A program made the position numbers and the translations under genes. DNA of 64,000 nt, taken from assembly GCF_018977255.1 (NCBI RefSeq), contig NW_024704742.1, forward strand, positions 133,116,001 through 133,180,000, read 5' to 3'. Below, one piece after another: positions 24,231-36,446 of this stretch. Origin of the DNA: Callorhinchus milii. Lineage: Eukaryota. The number at the start of each line of letters is the position of its first letter. Within the stretch, counting starts at the first letter, position 1. The notes under the pieces are model-generated. The model worked only from the letters and a program-made list of their open reading frames with translations, did no database searches and was not told where the DNA came from.

Positions 24231-26019
24231 TATTCAATAACAATAACAACAACTTGTATTTATATCGCGCTCTTCAGGCAGGATATAGTCTTGGAGATCT
24301 GGTTAAAAAAAATGACAAATATTAAAACCTCCTGATTCAACAACAACCCCTTTTATATTTGCATCTATGCATTTACTATAGCACATTTCACATCGGGAAG
24401 AAATCACAGGATATGCTGGACCTACAACAACTTGCATACGTATAGCATCTCTCACGCTCTGACCGCTAACTGTACACCGCTACACTAAGTGTAGTGAGTG
24501 TGCATTTTGTATGCAACGTAGTGAGAGCTATGTGCACACTCTCTCTCAATCACTTCACCTTGCCTCACTTTGCAACAAATATAAATCATGAAAGGATTAT
24601 TATTATTGCAGGAAGAATCGCGCACCATTCAGCATCCACAGGTCCAAACTGGCAAGTGATGTTTCGCTCAAGCCAAGTTTAATCCCCTCAGGGTTTAGTT
24701 CTTTGTGTCCAGTGGAAAACCAAAACAGGAAAAGCGTTCCTTGAGTGTTAAAGGATTACTTTTGACGGATTAGAATTTTGGGATCTTATCTCTTCTGTAA
24801 TTTGACAATAACAGTTGTGTTATCACAAGATAAGGGTGGTTTAGGAAGTACGTTTAGGGCTGATTTACTTTAACAAAATGTCCCTCACCCTTGTGCCCAA
24901 ACCCTCCTTGCAAATTCCATTCCCTCCCCCCTCAATGCACTATCCTGCTCAACCAATGTCCACAGCAAGGTCCCCAAATCAGCTTTGAGGGGAATGTCCA
25001 ATTGTTGAGATGTTTGGCCAGGTCAGTGGGGAAAAACTCCCTCCTCTTTACATATAGCGCCACGGGATCTTTAACGTCCACCTGAACAGATAGATGGGAC
25101 ATCGGTTTAATGTCTTATCTGAACGATGGCACAATGAGGCACACCCCCAGCACTGCAGCGAGTTGCACCGAAAGTGTCTGACGGTCCGCTAATGGGTAAT
25201 CCTTTGAGTAACCGGCAGCGCATTAAGGCTGGGACTCAATCCCGAAGTGCCGGAAGACAGGGAGGATCATACAGGATTCCCCATTAGGATCTCTGAGACG
25301 CTATCCAGGAATCTCATTGCCTGTTTAGTGCAGACATGAGCTTGGCAATCCTGCGCTTTGCCAGTGAAATGAATCCATTCAAATCAACACCCAAACTGCT
25401 CTGGATTTATAATTTTTTGGCGTAAGGCGTGAAAATGGCAAATGTCCTTTCTTTTTAACTGTGTGCGATTAACCCAAGTAAAGAGTGTTGTGTTTGGCAG
25501 AGATTTCTGTAAATCCCTCTCTCCCTTTCTCTCTCTCTCTCTCTCTCTCATTCACTTTGCAGCTGCCTCGACCAAACCCTCCCCAGCCCCCAAACTCCAC
25601 ATCTGTTGTCCTCAACGCTTAATTGAAATGAAACAGCATTAACTGCTCTGGACACACTGCACCAGGCACGATCCTGCTGGAGAGAGCTCAAAGCAAATAA
25701 AAGCAATTTTAGCTCTGAAAACACTGCTTTGCCTGCCAAAGCGATTACCTAAGCCCACTTGTTTCTGCTTAACTGAAGAGATGTTATCAGCCTGAGTTCA
25801 TCACCTTATGTAATCCACCAAGAATTTGTAAATGAATCCCGTTTCTCCCTTTATAAGCTTTTTGCTCTCCTTTTCCTCTCAACCTCTCAACCCTATCCCC
25901 TCCCACCCCTCTCGGCACCTCCCCAATCCACTTTCCGAACTACTTTTCCTCTCCGCAGGAAGTAAACAGGAAATCCCATGTGATTGTCAGTGTTATTTCC
26001 AGGACACTGCCAGATATAA

Positions 26020-26280
26020 TAATAATAATCCTTGATTTCGATATAGCGCTTTTCACATCTTCTAGACGTCTCAAAGCGCTTCACAGAGTATGCTGTAAAG
26101 TGAATTGACCGTATATTTGTGGGCGAAACGTGGCAGCCAATTGTACACAGGAATGTCCCACAAACAGTCGTGGATTGAAAATGACCAATTTATTATTGTT
26201 TTGTTTTGGAGGGATTATTATTAGGCTCTGTGTGGAGTAAGGAGACTTGCCCAAGGTTTCGCCCTGCCAAGAATTCAACC
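26020..26280 (-). mobile_element. tRNA-Ala-family SINE, short form
   Basis: Short-form junction; tail GACGTCTAGAAGATGTG. Confidence 0.85.
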
Positions 26281-26928
26281 CAGATAAAAGAATGGTCGCA
26301 CATAGTCTTATGGGACAGCCTGACTTCTGAGTCATAGACTTGCAACACACCATCACACTACAACAACAACAAGATTCCATTTATAGAGCGCCTTTCACGT
26401 TGGAAGGACGTCCCAAGGCGTCCCTACCTTGTGTGGAGGATGCCATATAAATGGAAGTTGTTACTGCTGTTGTTGATTCAAGACGTTCACACAGCTGACT
26501 GGGAACCCAAGCTGGGGATAGGTGGGGGAGTTTGGGGGAAGGAAAAGTGACTAAAATGACAAAGAGATAGATCTGAAGGCAGTTTTGAAGCCAGGGAAAG
26601 AGCGGGCAGGAGTTCCCTTTTGAAGTTTCAAAGATCGGGGATAATATCTCTGGAAGCTCGACCACCGATGGTGTGTCGTGAAGCAGGCTGGCGTTCACTG
26701 AGCAAAGAGAGCATCAAGTCACAGAGATAAGGTGGGACGAGGCTGTGGAGGGATTTGAAAGTGAAGAGAAATGTGTAGTTGAGTCAGATTCACGGCTGGT
26801 ATTATTGATTTTGTTGGTAATTTCAGAAACTTGATATAGCCCAGAGATCAGTGGCTTTGTATTAGATTGGAATAAACCAATTATCCAGGGGGAGGAAGGT
26901 GGAGTTGGGTAGGTTTAAGAGGTAATCG

Positions 26929-27237
26929 GAGTCCTGTAGCTTAGTGGTTATAGCACTCGCCTTGGAAGCGAGACACCTGGGTTCAATTCCAGGCAGGGCG
27001 AAACCTTGGGCAAGTTTCCTTACTCCACACGCCTAATAATAATTCCTCCAAAACAAAACAATAACAAATTGGTCATTTTTAATCCACGACTGATTGTGGG
27101 ACACTGCTGTGCGCAATTGTCTACCGTGTTTCGCCCAGAAATATACAGTCAATTCACTTTACAGTATATTCTGTGAAGCATTTTGAGATGTCTAGAGGAT
27201 GTGGAAAACACTATATCAAATGCAAGGATTATTATTA
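26929..27237 (+). mobile_element. tRNA-Ala-headed SINE, short form
   Basis: Complete head, short-form junction, (ATT)n tail. Confidence 0.9.
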
Positions 27238-28571
27238 ATCTCTTAAATGCCAAGCAACTACGACTGGGTATCGAAATCAGACTGAAGTGAGGAGCGCTAT
27301 ATAAATGCAAGGTGTTGTTTTTGAAGATTCTACAGATGCTACATCCCTGAATGGAGATTTCCCATTGTCTGGAATGTAGTGTGCGCTCTCCTCCCTGGAA
27401 ATATTCCCCCAAGGAACAGGGCACAGATTGGCAGTTGTTCAGTAAGACGTTAAAGTTCCCATGGCACTACTCAAAAAGAGAAGGGAGTTCCTCCCAGTGA
27501 CCTGGCTGACAATCCCCCGCCATAAGTTCGGTAATTCACTTCATTTACTCTTTGTGAGGCGTTGCTGTGTGCAAACTGCCTGCCACGTTCCCCACAAAAT
27601 ACCGTCACTGCACTTTAAGCATGAAATGCCCTCCTGGCCTGGAAGGTGCTATATCCAATGCAAGGGTAATGATCCCTCCAAAAAACAAATTTGGTCACTC
27701 AATCCACTCCATGTAAAGAAATACTTCCTGGTTCCTGTGCTTGTCCATTGTATCGCATCTGTGGTTTTCGCTGCAGAATATGGAGCCCAGGAGATTCTGC
27801 AACACTGCACTTTGAGCAGCCCAACACGTAAATAATGGGCGAAAAGGTTTTTTTCTTTCTTTTGAAATAGAAAAGTCCCTGATATTTTTCCAAGTGCATC
27901 ACAATACCGCAGTGCAAAATGCTAATGCTTATCATACATGCAAACCACAAGCATATGCTGATGTAGAAGACAGCCCAGTGTAGGCCGGCTGATGAAGAGA
28001 TTGTCAGAGCTGATTCCCCCTAGGACCCATCTTATCTAACTCCCAGATGGGCCTGAGAGCCGGTTCCTGGTGACCAGATGCATCGGCAAAGCGAGGCTGG
28101 CCTTCCTGAAAGCTTTTTGTGTCCCTTCGCGGTTTAAGTATGAGAGAGATTTAAAGAGTGCGCTGCTTCCCATCCCACTAAACCACATAATTAGCTCTGT
28201 CTGACTGATTTCCTTCCAGAAGTACAGCGCACAGTAACCCTGCAAAGACCGTAGCATCGGATAGTGGGTCTCACAGAACAGAAGGAGGCCGTTCAAACAT
28301 AATAAGGCATTATATCAAATGCAAGGATTATTATTATTATGCCAGCTCTTGCACTGGGATTAACTCACTCTAATCCCAATTCCGCATCCTTTTCCACACA
28401 TTTCTTTAGACTGTTTCTCTTTAATACTTATCCAATGTTGCCATGGTCTGCGATCCTGCCAACACATTACTATTCTCATAACTCACTCGCTCGATAAAAA
28501 TAGTTCTTCCAACCTGCTTCTTTTAACTCCTCCAGTGACAAACATGAGATCATGCAAACTCTGACACTAAT

Positions 28572-28940
28572 ATAATAATAATCCTTGCATTTGATATGGT
28601 GCCTTATCATGTCGTTGAGACATCTTAAAGCACTTCACAGATTGTACTGTACTGTAAAGTAAACTGACTCTATTTTGTGGGCGAAACGCAGTAGTCAAAT
28701 GTGCCCAGCAGTGTCCCACAAACAGTCGTGGATTGAGTGACCGCATTTTTTCTAAGGGATTTTTATCCCCAGAAAGCGATCCACCAATCGAGTAACTACT
28801 GGGATCCTATTCACTGCTAGTAATCAGTGGCGTGTGGAATAAAGAAACTCGCCTAACGTTTTGCCCTGCCTGGGAATCGAACATGGGTCCTCTCGCTTGC
28901 GAATCGAGTGCTCAAACCACTACGTTTACAGGACTCCACT
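28572..28940 (-). mobile_element. tRNA-Ala-headed SINE, full form
   Basis: Head, centre and tail all present. Confidence 0.88.
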
Positions 28941-29079
28941 GTGCAATGAGGTGAAAAGCCTCCTAATGTGTCATAGAGTTCCATAGTTCTATGGCAAGAC
29001 AAGGATTGTAGCAGGCAATGGGGAATAGAAGTTAGTACAAAAATATATTGGAGAAAGAAAAAAATGTTGCAGTCTTTTG

Positions 29080-30022
29080 TGTCAGTCTGGCTCAGTTGGT
29101 TTCCAGCTCAGTGGGTAGCACTCCCACTTCTTAGTCAGAAGGTGATTTGTTCAAGCTGCAAGTTGGGACCTTGAATTCACACAGTCTAGACTGACATTTG
29201 CCTCACATAGTCTAGTCTAGGCATGCCTTCTTTGCCGATCTCCCCAGCTCCACAGGATCCAGATGATCCAGAATTTTGCTGCCCGCATACTCACTCGTAC
29301 TAACCTCCTTACCCCATCACACCAGTTCTAGCCAGGCTTCACTGGCTCCCTATCATTGAACGGATCAATTTCAAGATCCTCACACTTGTTTTCAAATCCC
29401 TTCATGCTCTCCCTACTTCTCCGACCTGCTTACCCCACAACCCACTACCCGCTGCCTCTGCTCAACTGACTCTGGCCTCCAGCTTGTCCCTCGTGCCCTC
29501 CATTCCACAGTCAGCAGCCGCACTTTCAGCCACTACTCCCCAAAACTCTGGAACACTCTTCCTCTATCCCCCACCCCCCGCCTTGTCCCTTCCTTCCCCA
29601 CCTTCCTATTTGACCGTGCCTACGGTCACCATTCCCCCCAACCCTCCCTGTTTGGCGTCGTGCTCTGCTCTGTTAATCCCTCTGGGATGCTATCGTAGGT
29701 GGGGGGGGTGGTGCTATATAAATGCAAGTTGTTGTTAACATTCTAATGAGAGAGTACTGCATTATTGGAGGTACTGTCCACTTGGATGAAATATTGAATC
29801 GACGTCCCACCTGCCTATTTAGGTGGTACTATTTGAAAAGAGAAGTAAGTTTTTTCAGTTGGCCATTCACTTCATGGCTATGTGTGGGATATTGCTGTAT
29901 GTACATTGACTATCACCAAAGTACACAGTCACTACACTTTAAAGTACACAGTCACTACACTTTACAGTATATTCTGTGAAGTGCTTTGCGACGCCTCAAA
30001 GAATTGATAAGGCGCTATACCG
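29080..30022 (+). mobile_element. DeuSINE with L2 (tail B) inserted ~29220-29737 and a 23-bp tandem duplication at 29918-29963
   Basis: Doubled CTCAGT(T/G)GGT head start; L2 IQNFAARIL/LHWLPI block; Deu body resumes ~29745; AAAGTACACAGTCACTACACTTT twice. Confidence 0.7.
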
Positions 30023-30278
30023 AATTGATTGTGTTAAGCATTCTGAGATGCTACCCTGCGTGGGTAGCGCTATATAAGTGCAAGTTGTTGTTGTGTATTT
30101 TATGGGCAAAATGCTGATTTTTTCCTTATTCTGCCCTGTACTGTAAAGCTCTATGGTTTCACATGAGAGTCAATGTGCTCGCGGGATGTGCTTTGTTTAA
30201 CTGGTCAAGTGTCCTGTTCTCATCCTTGACCCTTTCGTTCTACAACAGAGACCTGATGGCTTTTTCTACTCTGTCTAG

Positions 30279-30477
30279 GTTGAAGTGACGGACGTAACAT
30301 TTCACACCATCACCGATGCCTACGCAGGGAAGGAACACATCATACAAGTGGCTGCCAAGGACAATGAAGCCGGCACCTGGAGTGAATGGAGCAAGGCTGT
30401 ACGTGCCACACCGTGGACACAAATGCCGGTGGATCCAGAAACAGAAACCAAAGAAACAACAAGCAGTATTACATCAG
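30279..30477 (+). CDS. CNTFR: CNTFR-family coding exon (second half of D3 with WSXWS, start of stalk)
   Basis: TCTAG acceptor ending 30278, GT at 30478. Phase 0: VEVTDVTFHTITDAYAGKEHIIQVAAKDNEAGTWSEWSKAVRATPWTQMPVDPETETKETTSSITS. WSEWS at 30378-30392; HTITDAYAGKE.IIQVAAKDNE is CNTFR-diagnostic. Confidence 0.95.
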
Positions 30478-31042
30478 GTATAGTGATAGGTTCTTTGATT
30501 CCCAGAAGATACAGCTCAGAAGCAGCTGTTTGAAGGAGGTGAGAGAGGGTGCGAGAGCGGGTTTGGGGCGTCTGTTCCAGAGAGATGGGGCAAAGTGGCT
30601 AAAAACGTGTCCGTAAATTCTACATCAGCTACAACCAACCCAGAACTCTATATCCTCTCCTACAACAGGCTCTGCACACCCTTTTCTATTACCATTACCA
30701 GGCTCTCAGTCCATCAGCTTCAAGATTCTTTTCCTGATCTTCAAATTGCCTATAAAATACACAGTCACTACACTTTACAGTGTATCCTGTGAACTACTTT
30801 GAGAATGAAAGACGCTATAACAAATATAAGGATTATTATTATTATTATTTATATTTCACAACTATAAGCTGAAGAGGCACCAGGAGCAGTATTCCGAGCT
30901 GGTTGTAGCCTCCCTAACCCTAAAACAAAAGTGAAACATTGCGGTAGAGAGACAGACATTTTGCTAGAGAACGGACAGCTTTGATGAAAGGGCATGCCAG
31001 CCATTTTGACTTGTCTTTATTTCCTTCCTGTGTTCCTTTCAG

Positions 31043-31160
31043 CGGCTGTCACCAAAGCGAGCGAAAATGAAAAGATTGAACGAAGCACGAACAATTCTCC
31101 CCGACTGATATCGTCCATGATGGCATTGCTTCTGGGCGTGATCGTCAACATATTGATCTG
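31043..31160 (+). CDS. CNTFR: CNTFR-family coding exon (stalk and GPI-anchor signal); missed by the ORF track
   Basis: Long pyrimidine tract plus CAG ending 31042, donor GTAGGT at 31161. G|CG continues the frame: AAVTKASENEKIERSTNNSPRLISSMMALLLGVIVNILI then TG. Hydrophobic C-terminus with no cytoplasmic tail, as in GPI-anchored CNTFR. Confidence 0.85.
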
Positions 31161-31199
31161 GTAGGTGTATTCCCTCCTTTAGCTTACTGCAGAATCATA

Positions 31200-31520
31200 C
31201 TACAAAATTTCATTTGTGTAGCGCCTTTCATTTTGGGAGGACGTCCCAAGGCGCTGGACAGTCAGGGATTTGGACCCGAGCAGGCGAGGGTGTGATCAAG
31301 CAGGGTTGAGGGCTGGGAGGGTAGGCGTGTGGTCGAAGGTGCGGTCATAGAGGAGGGTCTTGAGATGCTCCTTGAAGGAGGCAAGGGAGGAAGTGACGCA
31401 AAAGGAATGTAGATGGAGTTCCAGAGGGAGGGGCGTGGAGAGGTTAAAGGCCCGACCGCCGATGGTGGGGCAGGCTGGACAGGGGACATGAAGCAGGCTG
31501 CTGAGAGATGGGAGCGGACA
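31200..31520 (-). mobile_element. L2 3' fragment, tail A
   Basis: Reverse tail TTTGTGTAGCGCCTTTCA..GGGAGGACGTCCCAAGGCGC. Confidence 0.8.
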
Positions 31521-31589
31521 GGTTGATAGCACTTTTACAGCACACAAGGAAGTTCATATTACCCTGTGACTGTGCCTATAATGGCTCTT

Positions 31590-32047
31590 TGAAAGAGCTA
31601 ACCTTTATTAACACATCCCCATCTCCATCCCCCAGTGGGTCGAGTTCAAGATCCTCATCCTCAACTTTAAATCCCTCCATAGTCTTGCCCCACCATATCT
31701 CTCCAGGATCCTCCAACACCACTGTCCCAGCCGATCCTTTTGCCCTGCTTCATATTTCCCCACCTTATCCACCCCACCGTTGGGTGGCTTTTCAGCCATT
31801 CTGCCCTTACTCTCTAGAACTCCATCTCAGAGTCCCTCTGACCCGCTTCCTCACTCACCTCCTTCAAAGTCTGTCTTGACACCTACCTCTTTGCCAGCGC
31901 TTTCGGTCATCTTTGCCCTACTCTTTTTGCCCTCCGCCCCCCACCCCATTCCAACTCCCTGCTCGGGTCCAAATCCCTGACTGTCGAATGCTAGCGATGT
32001 CCTCCTGATGTGAAAGGTGTTTACAAATGTAATTTGTTGTTGTTGTC
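31590..32047 (+). mobile_element. L2 3' fragment, tail A
   Basis: GAGTTCAAGATCCTC.. block; tail GATGTCCTCCTGATGTGAAAGG..(TTG)n. Confidence 0.8.
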
Positions 32048-33420
32048 GAACAATGCCTGAAATGCCAAATCTAGACATTCTCGATGGTGTAGTTGAGAGA
32101 GCTGCAGCTTATGCTCTGGCAGCTCACTGGTAGATGATTGAGAGGGGACCTAATAGCGATGTTCAAGTTTCTGAAAGTATTCAATAAGGTAGATGAGCTG
32201 TTGTTGGGCTGTTTCCACTTGTTGCTGAATCCAAAAGGAAAGGGATATAAATATAAGATAGTCTTCTCTACAGATGCTGCCTGACCTGCTGAGCGTTCCC
32301 AGCGATCTCTGTTTTTGTTTAAAATAGTCAGTGGTGAATCTGCCAGAGTTTAGAAGGAACTGTTTCAATCAGAGGGCGGTGTGAATGTGCTGCCAGAAGA
32401 CTGTGGTTGAAGCAAAAAGCATTTATATATTTAAGATATATTAATAAATAAATAATAATAATACATTTAAGAGGAGAACTTGATGCATTCTTGAGGAAGA
32501 ATATAGGAGTGGGGAATAGGGTGGTGTCTCGTGTGAAAAAAATACAAGTCAATTAACTTTAAAATATTTTCTGTGAAGCGCTTTGAGGCATCTCAACCAC
32601 GTGGTAAGGTGCTATTATTATTGTTGTTGTTGTTAATAATATTATCGTATCCGTGCTGGCTCTTTGAAAGAGTGTGAACACTGACAGGGACGAACGAGTT
32701 GGCTGAATGGTGTCATATCACTCTATGTATCTGTACAATTTTAGCACCAGCCCTTAAAAAAAACACACACACAACACAAACACGGCCTCAGTTCAAGTCT
32801 TGTGCTGTGCTTGTGAGAAAGTGATCATGTGGGAGCTTGAGTTGTACCCCTGTGGGCTCCAGCTGACCACATTCCAGGCAATTGTTTTCCGTGACTATGT
32901 TTCCGCATAGTGCACAGATTATAGCTTGTACAGCTGTTGAGAACTGGTCAGCAGGAATGTCAGAACTGGCCTATTGTCAGAGATACATGCAGTATGAGCC
33001 ACTAAGTTATTTGCCACAGGAATGGGGGATAAGTCTGTTGGACCAGTCTATAAAACTACTCCTCAGAACCTGTCAGAAGTTTCTTGGGTGTTTCTACAAT
33101 ATAATTTACATTTATATAGCACCTTTCACGTCAGCAGGATATCTCACTCACAGTGCTGCATGGGCATCCGAGCTCAGGGTGGGAGCCAACAATAATAATA
33201 ATAATCCTTGCATTCGCGACGTCTCAAAGCTCTTCACCGAATATACTGTAAAATGAATTGACTGTTAATTCAAAAGGAGGTGGGGAGAGAAAGATTACCA
33301 AAAGCGCCATCAAGAGATATGTTTTGAGTTGTGACTTGAAAAAGGAAGAGAGGAAGCCTTGAAAGACTTCTCTATCAAACTAGATTGAGAACTTAAAAAG
33401 CCTCCACACACCTATCTATG

Positions 33421-34307
33421 GGGGAGAAATTCCACTTGGGTCTAGATTTATATCTAACAGTGGGTCCAGAATTTGGTGAATTCTTGAACACAGCGTTAAT
33501 TTTTGCATTCAGTTCCTTTTACGCTTCTTTCACAAAACCGTAGAAAAATGACTTCAAACTGTGGCTGAATTGAACTATCTGCCAAATTCTGGACACTCTG
33601 AGATGAACATTAATAGTGTAGTCTCACGTGGGCCTCATGAAGGTGCATAAAATTTTAAATGGGATTCAAAATCCAGAACAATCCTTTAGAATTGACAAAG
33701 ATAGTAGATCAGTAGATGCTAGTTCCATAGCACTCCCCTCATAAGGGAGAGGACCCAGGTTGAATTATTGGGTGGGGCTAAACCTTAGGCAAGTTTTCTT
33801 ACTCCACACACCTCTGTTTACCCAGCAGTAAGTAGGAATCCAGTTGGTAGTCGATTGGCGGATCGCTTCAACAAAAAAAAGGTGATCACTCAATCCATGA
33901 CTCTCTGTTGGACACTGCTGTGTCCAATTGGCTGCCGTCTTTCGCCCACAAAAATACAGTCAATCCACTTTACAATATGTTCCGTGAAGCTCTTTGATTT
34001 GGCTCAACCACATGATATTCAAATGCATGGATTATTATGATTATTATTATGATTATTATTATCAGGAGGACACAGATTTGGAGTGGTTAAAACCAATTTG
34101 AGGTCAGATACCAGAAAGTTTTTTCTTTACTCCGAGGATAATTTACAGACTGGAGCAGGTTACTAGGAAAGGTGGGATTTCTAAAAAGCAGCTTGATGCT
34201 GTGATGGGAGGATGGGAGGGTGGGTGTTCTGGAAGGATGAGATCAGATGGGTCAAAGGGCCATTTTCATCTGAATCGATCTTGTGATCCAAGGTGGAATT
34301 TCTACCC
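33421..34307. mobile_element. Putative TIR (MITE-like) element containing a SINE (~33725-34060) and a CR1 end (~34062-34285)
   Basis: GGGGAGAAATTCCACTTGG at 33421 and CCAAGGTGGAATTTCTACCC at 34288-34307 are near-perfect inverted; inner IR 33464-33476/33582-33594. Confidence 0.5.
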
Positions 34308-34844
34308 ACTATTGCATCAGCAAATTCTTTGGAGGTCCCTTGTATTCCCCCAAATAAAATTGGTCATTCACTTAATGGCTGGTTGCTGGACACTGCTGAG
34401 TGCAACTGGCTGCCATATTTCGCCTACAAAATACATAGTCAATCCATTTTAAAATATATTCTGTAAAACACTTGAGATGTCTCAATGATGTGATAAGGTG
34501 CTATATCAAATGCAAGCATTATTATTATTTATCCAACTCCTTTTTGAAAGCCAATTTGGATTCTGCCTCAACCACTGCTCCTGGCAGAGCAGGGAGTCCT
34601 AACCACTCAATGCGTGAAAACAATTCTCCTAACCTCATTTGCTCATTTATTAACTATCTTAAATCAATGGCCTCTGGTCACTGACTCACTGACCATGTAA
34701 AATTACGTTACACTGATAACAATAATCCTCGCAGTCAGTGTAGCACTGGTGATGTTCAAAATGTGTCAAAGTGCTTCACATTTTTGTAGTTCAGTGACTG
34801 TGAACTTGTGGGCAAGTTAGGCAGCCAATTCGTGCAGGAATTCT

Positions 34845-35312
34845 ACTGTACCCTATCACCTCCATCCTTGCCCAACTCCACTGGCTTCCCATCACACAGA
34901 GGATGCAGTTCAAAATCCTGATCCTCGCCTTTAAAACCCTCCACGGTCTTGCTCCTCCCTACCTCTCCGACCTCCTAATCCCCTATCACGCTGTTCGCTC
35001 CCTCCGCTCAGCGGGCTCCGGCCTGCTTCACGTCCTCCGCCTGTCTCGCCTCACTATCGGTGGGTAGGCCTTCTGCCACTCTGCCCCCACCCTCTGGAAC
35101 TCTATCCCGCACTCCGTCTCGCCCCCTCCCTCGCCACCTTCAAGACCCATCTCAAGACCCTCTGCTTCGATCGTGCTTTCGATCTCCCTACTTCCCCCCT
35201 GCCCTCCCCCAGCCCGACCCTCAGCTCAGGTCCATAACTCTGTCTGTCCAGCGCTTTGGGATGTCCTCCTGATGTGAAAGGCGCTATACAAATGTAATTC
35301 TGTTGTTGTTGT
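34845..35312 (+). mobile_element. L2 3' fragment, tail A
   Basis: LAQLHWLPITQRMQFKILILAFK-type reading; (TTG)n tail. Confidence 0.85.
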
Positions 35313-35924
35313 AGTATTTGCTTTGTGAAAAAACTTAGCTTTCTTGTGCAGTCTTTTTTTTCTTGTACGGTGATGTTGATTCCTTATCAATAGCATTTAT
35401 AGCACTCTCCGCTTGATTTCTGCTGCGTCTTAACTAGTGGTTTGATGGTGTGTTAACCAGACTCAGTTGACGGCACTCTCGCCTCTCGTTCAAGCCCCAC
35501 CTCATGACTTTGCTGATAGTCTGGGCTACACTCCAATGGGGAAAGCACTGCATTGTCAGAGATGTCGCCCTTCAGATGACACATTAAACTGAGGTCCCTG
35601 TTCAGGTGGACATTATTGATCCTATTCTATTATATATAAAGATATATATTACATAAAATAATATATATTAGATATAGATATAATACAATATCCTATTCAA
35701 AAAGAGAAGGAAGTTTCATCCAGTGTCTGGCCAATAATCCTCCAGATAAAATTGGTCACTGCATTTTACATTACTACACTAACTTCTGTGATTTGAGACA
35801 TCCTCCTGATGTGAAAGGTGTTGGAACAAATGCAATGATTCTGATTATTATTTATGATTATTTAAATAAATTCCTTGATAAGCAATATCCCCTATGAAAG
35901 AATTCTCAAAGAGCAGTTTTAAAA

Positions 35925-36318
35925 ATAATAATAATAATCCTTGATATGACCCTTTTACAACGAGGTCTCAAAGCTTTTCGCAGGATTTGTTGCAAAGTTT
36001 AGTGACTGTGCAATTTGTAAGTGAATGCAGCAGCTTATTTGTACACAGCAAGATCCCACAAACAGGCATGAATTTTAGCTGAGGGTTTGTTGTCCAGGAC
36101 ACTGGGAGAAACTCCCATCTCTTTTCTAGTAATACCATCTTTAACATCCACTTGAACAGGCAGACAGGACCTCAGTTTAACATCTCACCCGAAGAGTAGC
36201 ATCTCAAACAATGCAGCAACCCCCAGTGTCAACCTAGACCATGAGTTCAAAGTCATGCGGCTTGAGCCCACAACCTTCTGCCCTCAGAGGCGAAAGTGCT
36301 ACCAACTGAGCCAGGCTA
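35925..36318 (-). mobile_element. DeuSINE (SacSINE1-like)
   Basis: Reverse head CAACTGAGCCAGGC, reverse Deu ATCTTTAACATCCAC, tail; lies just upstream of the last acceptor. Confidence 0.75.
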
Positions 36319-36446
36319 AGAGCAAACAAATGTTGAAATGTGCCTTCAAATACTTTCTCCCTCTGTCTGTCTGTCTGTCTGTCTGTCACTCTCTCTCTTT
36401 GTTTCTTTCCTTTAACCCATTATTGTTTTTGCCTTTCCCATTCTAG

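Noticed and set aside
3510..30477. IL11RA, IL6R or CRLF1 identity
   Set aside because: PLKYFLRY.P.ILD.WQH, TITDAYAGKE and a GPI-type end without a cytoplasmic tail fit CNTFR.
30478..30533. Extension of ORF 30285-30533 as the true C-terminus
   Set aside because: A phase-compatible downstream exon supplies the GPI-type tail; no evidence for read-through.
32255..32320. Distinct element from ACAGATGCTGCCTGACCTGCTGAG motif
   Set aside because: Resembles a common shark repeat terminus but is too short to classify.
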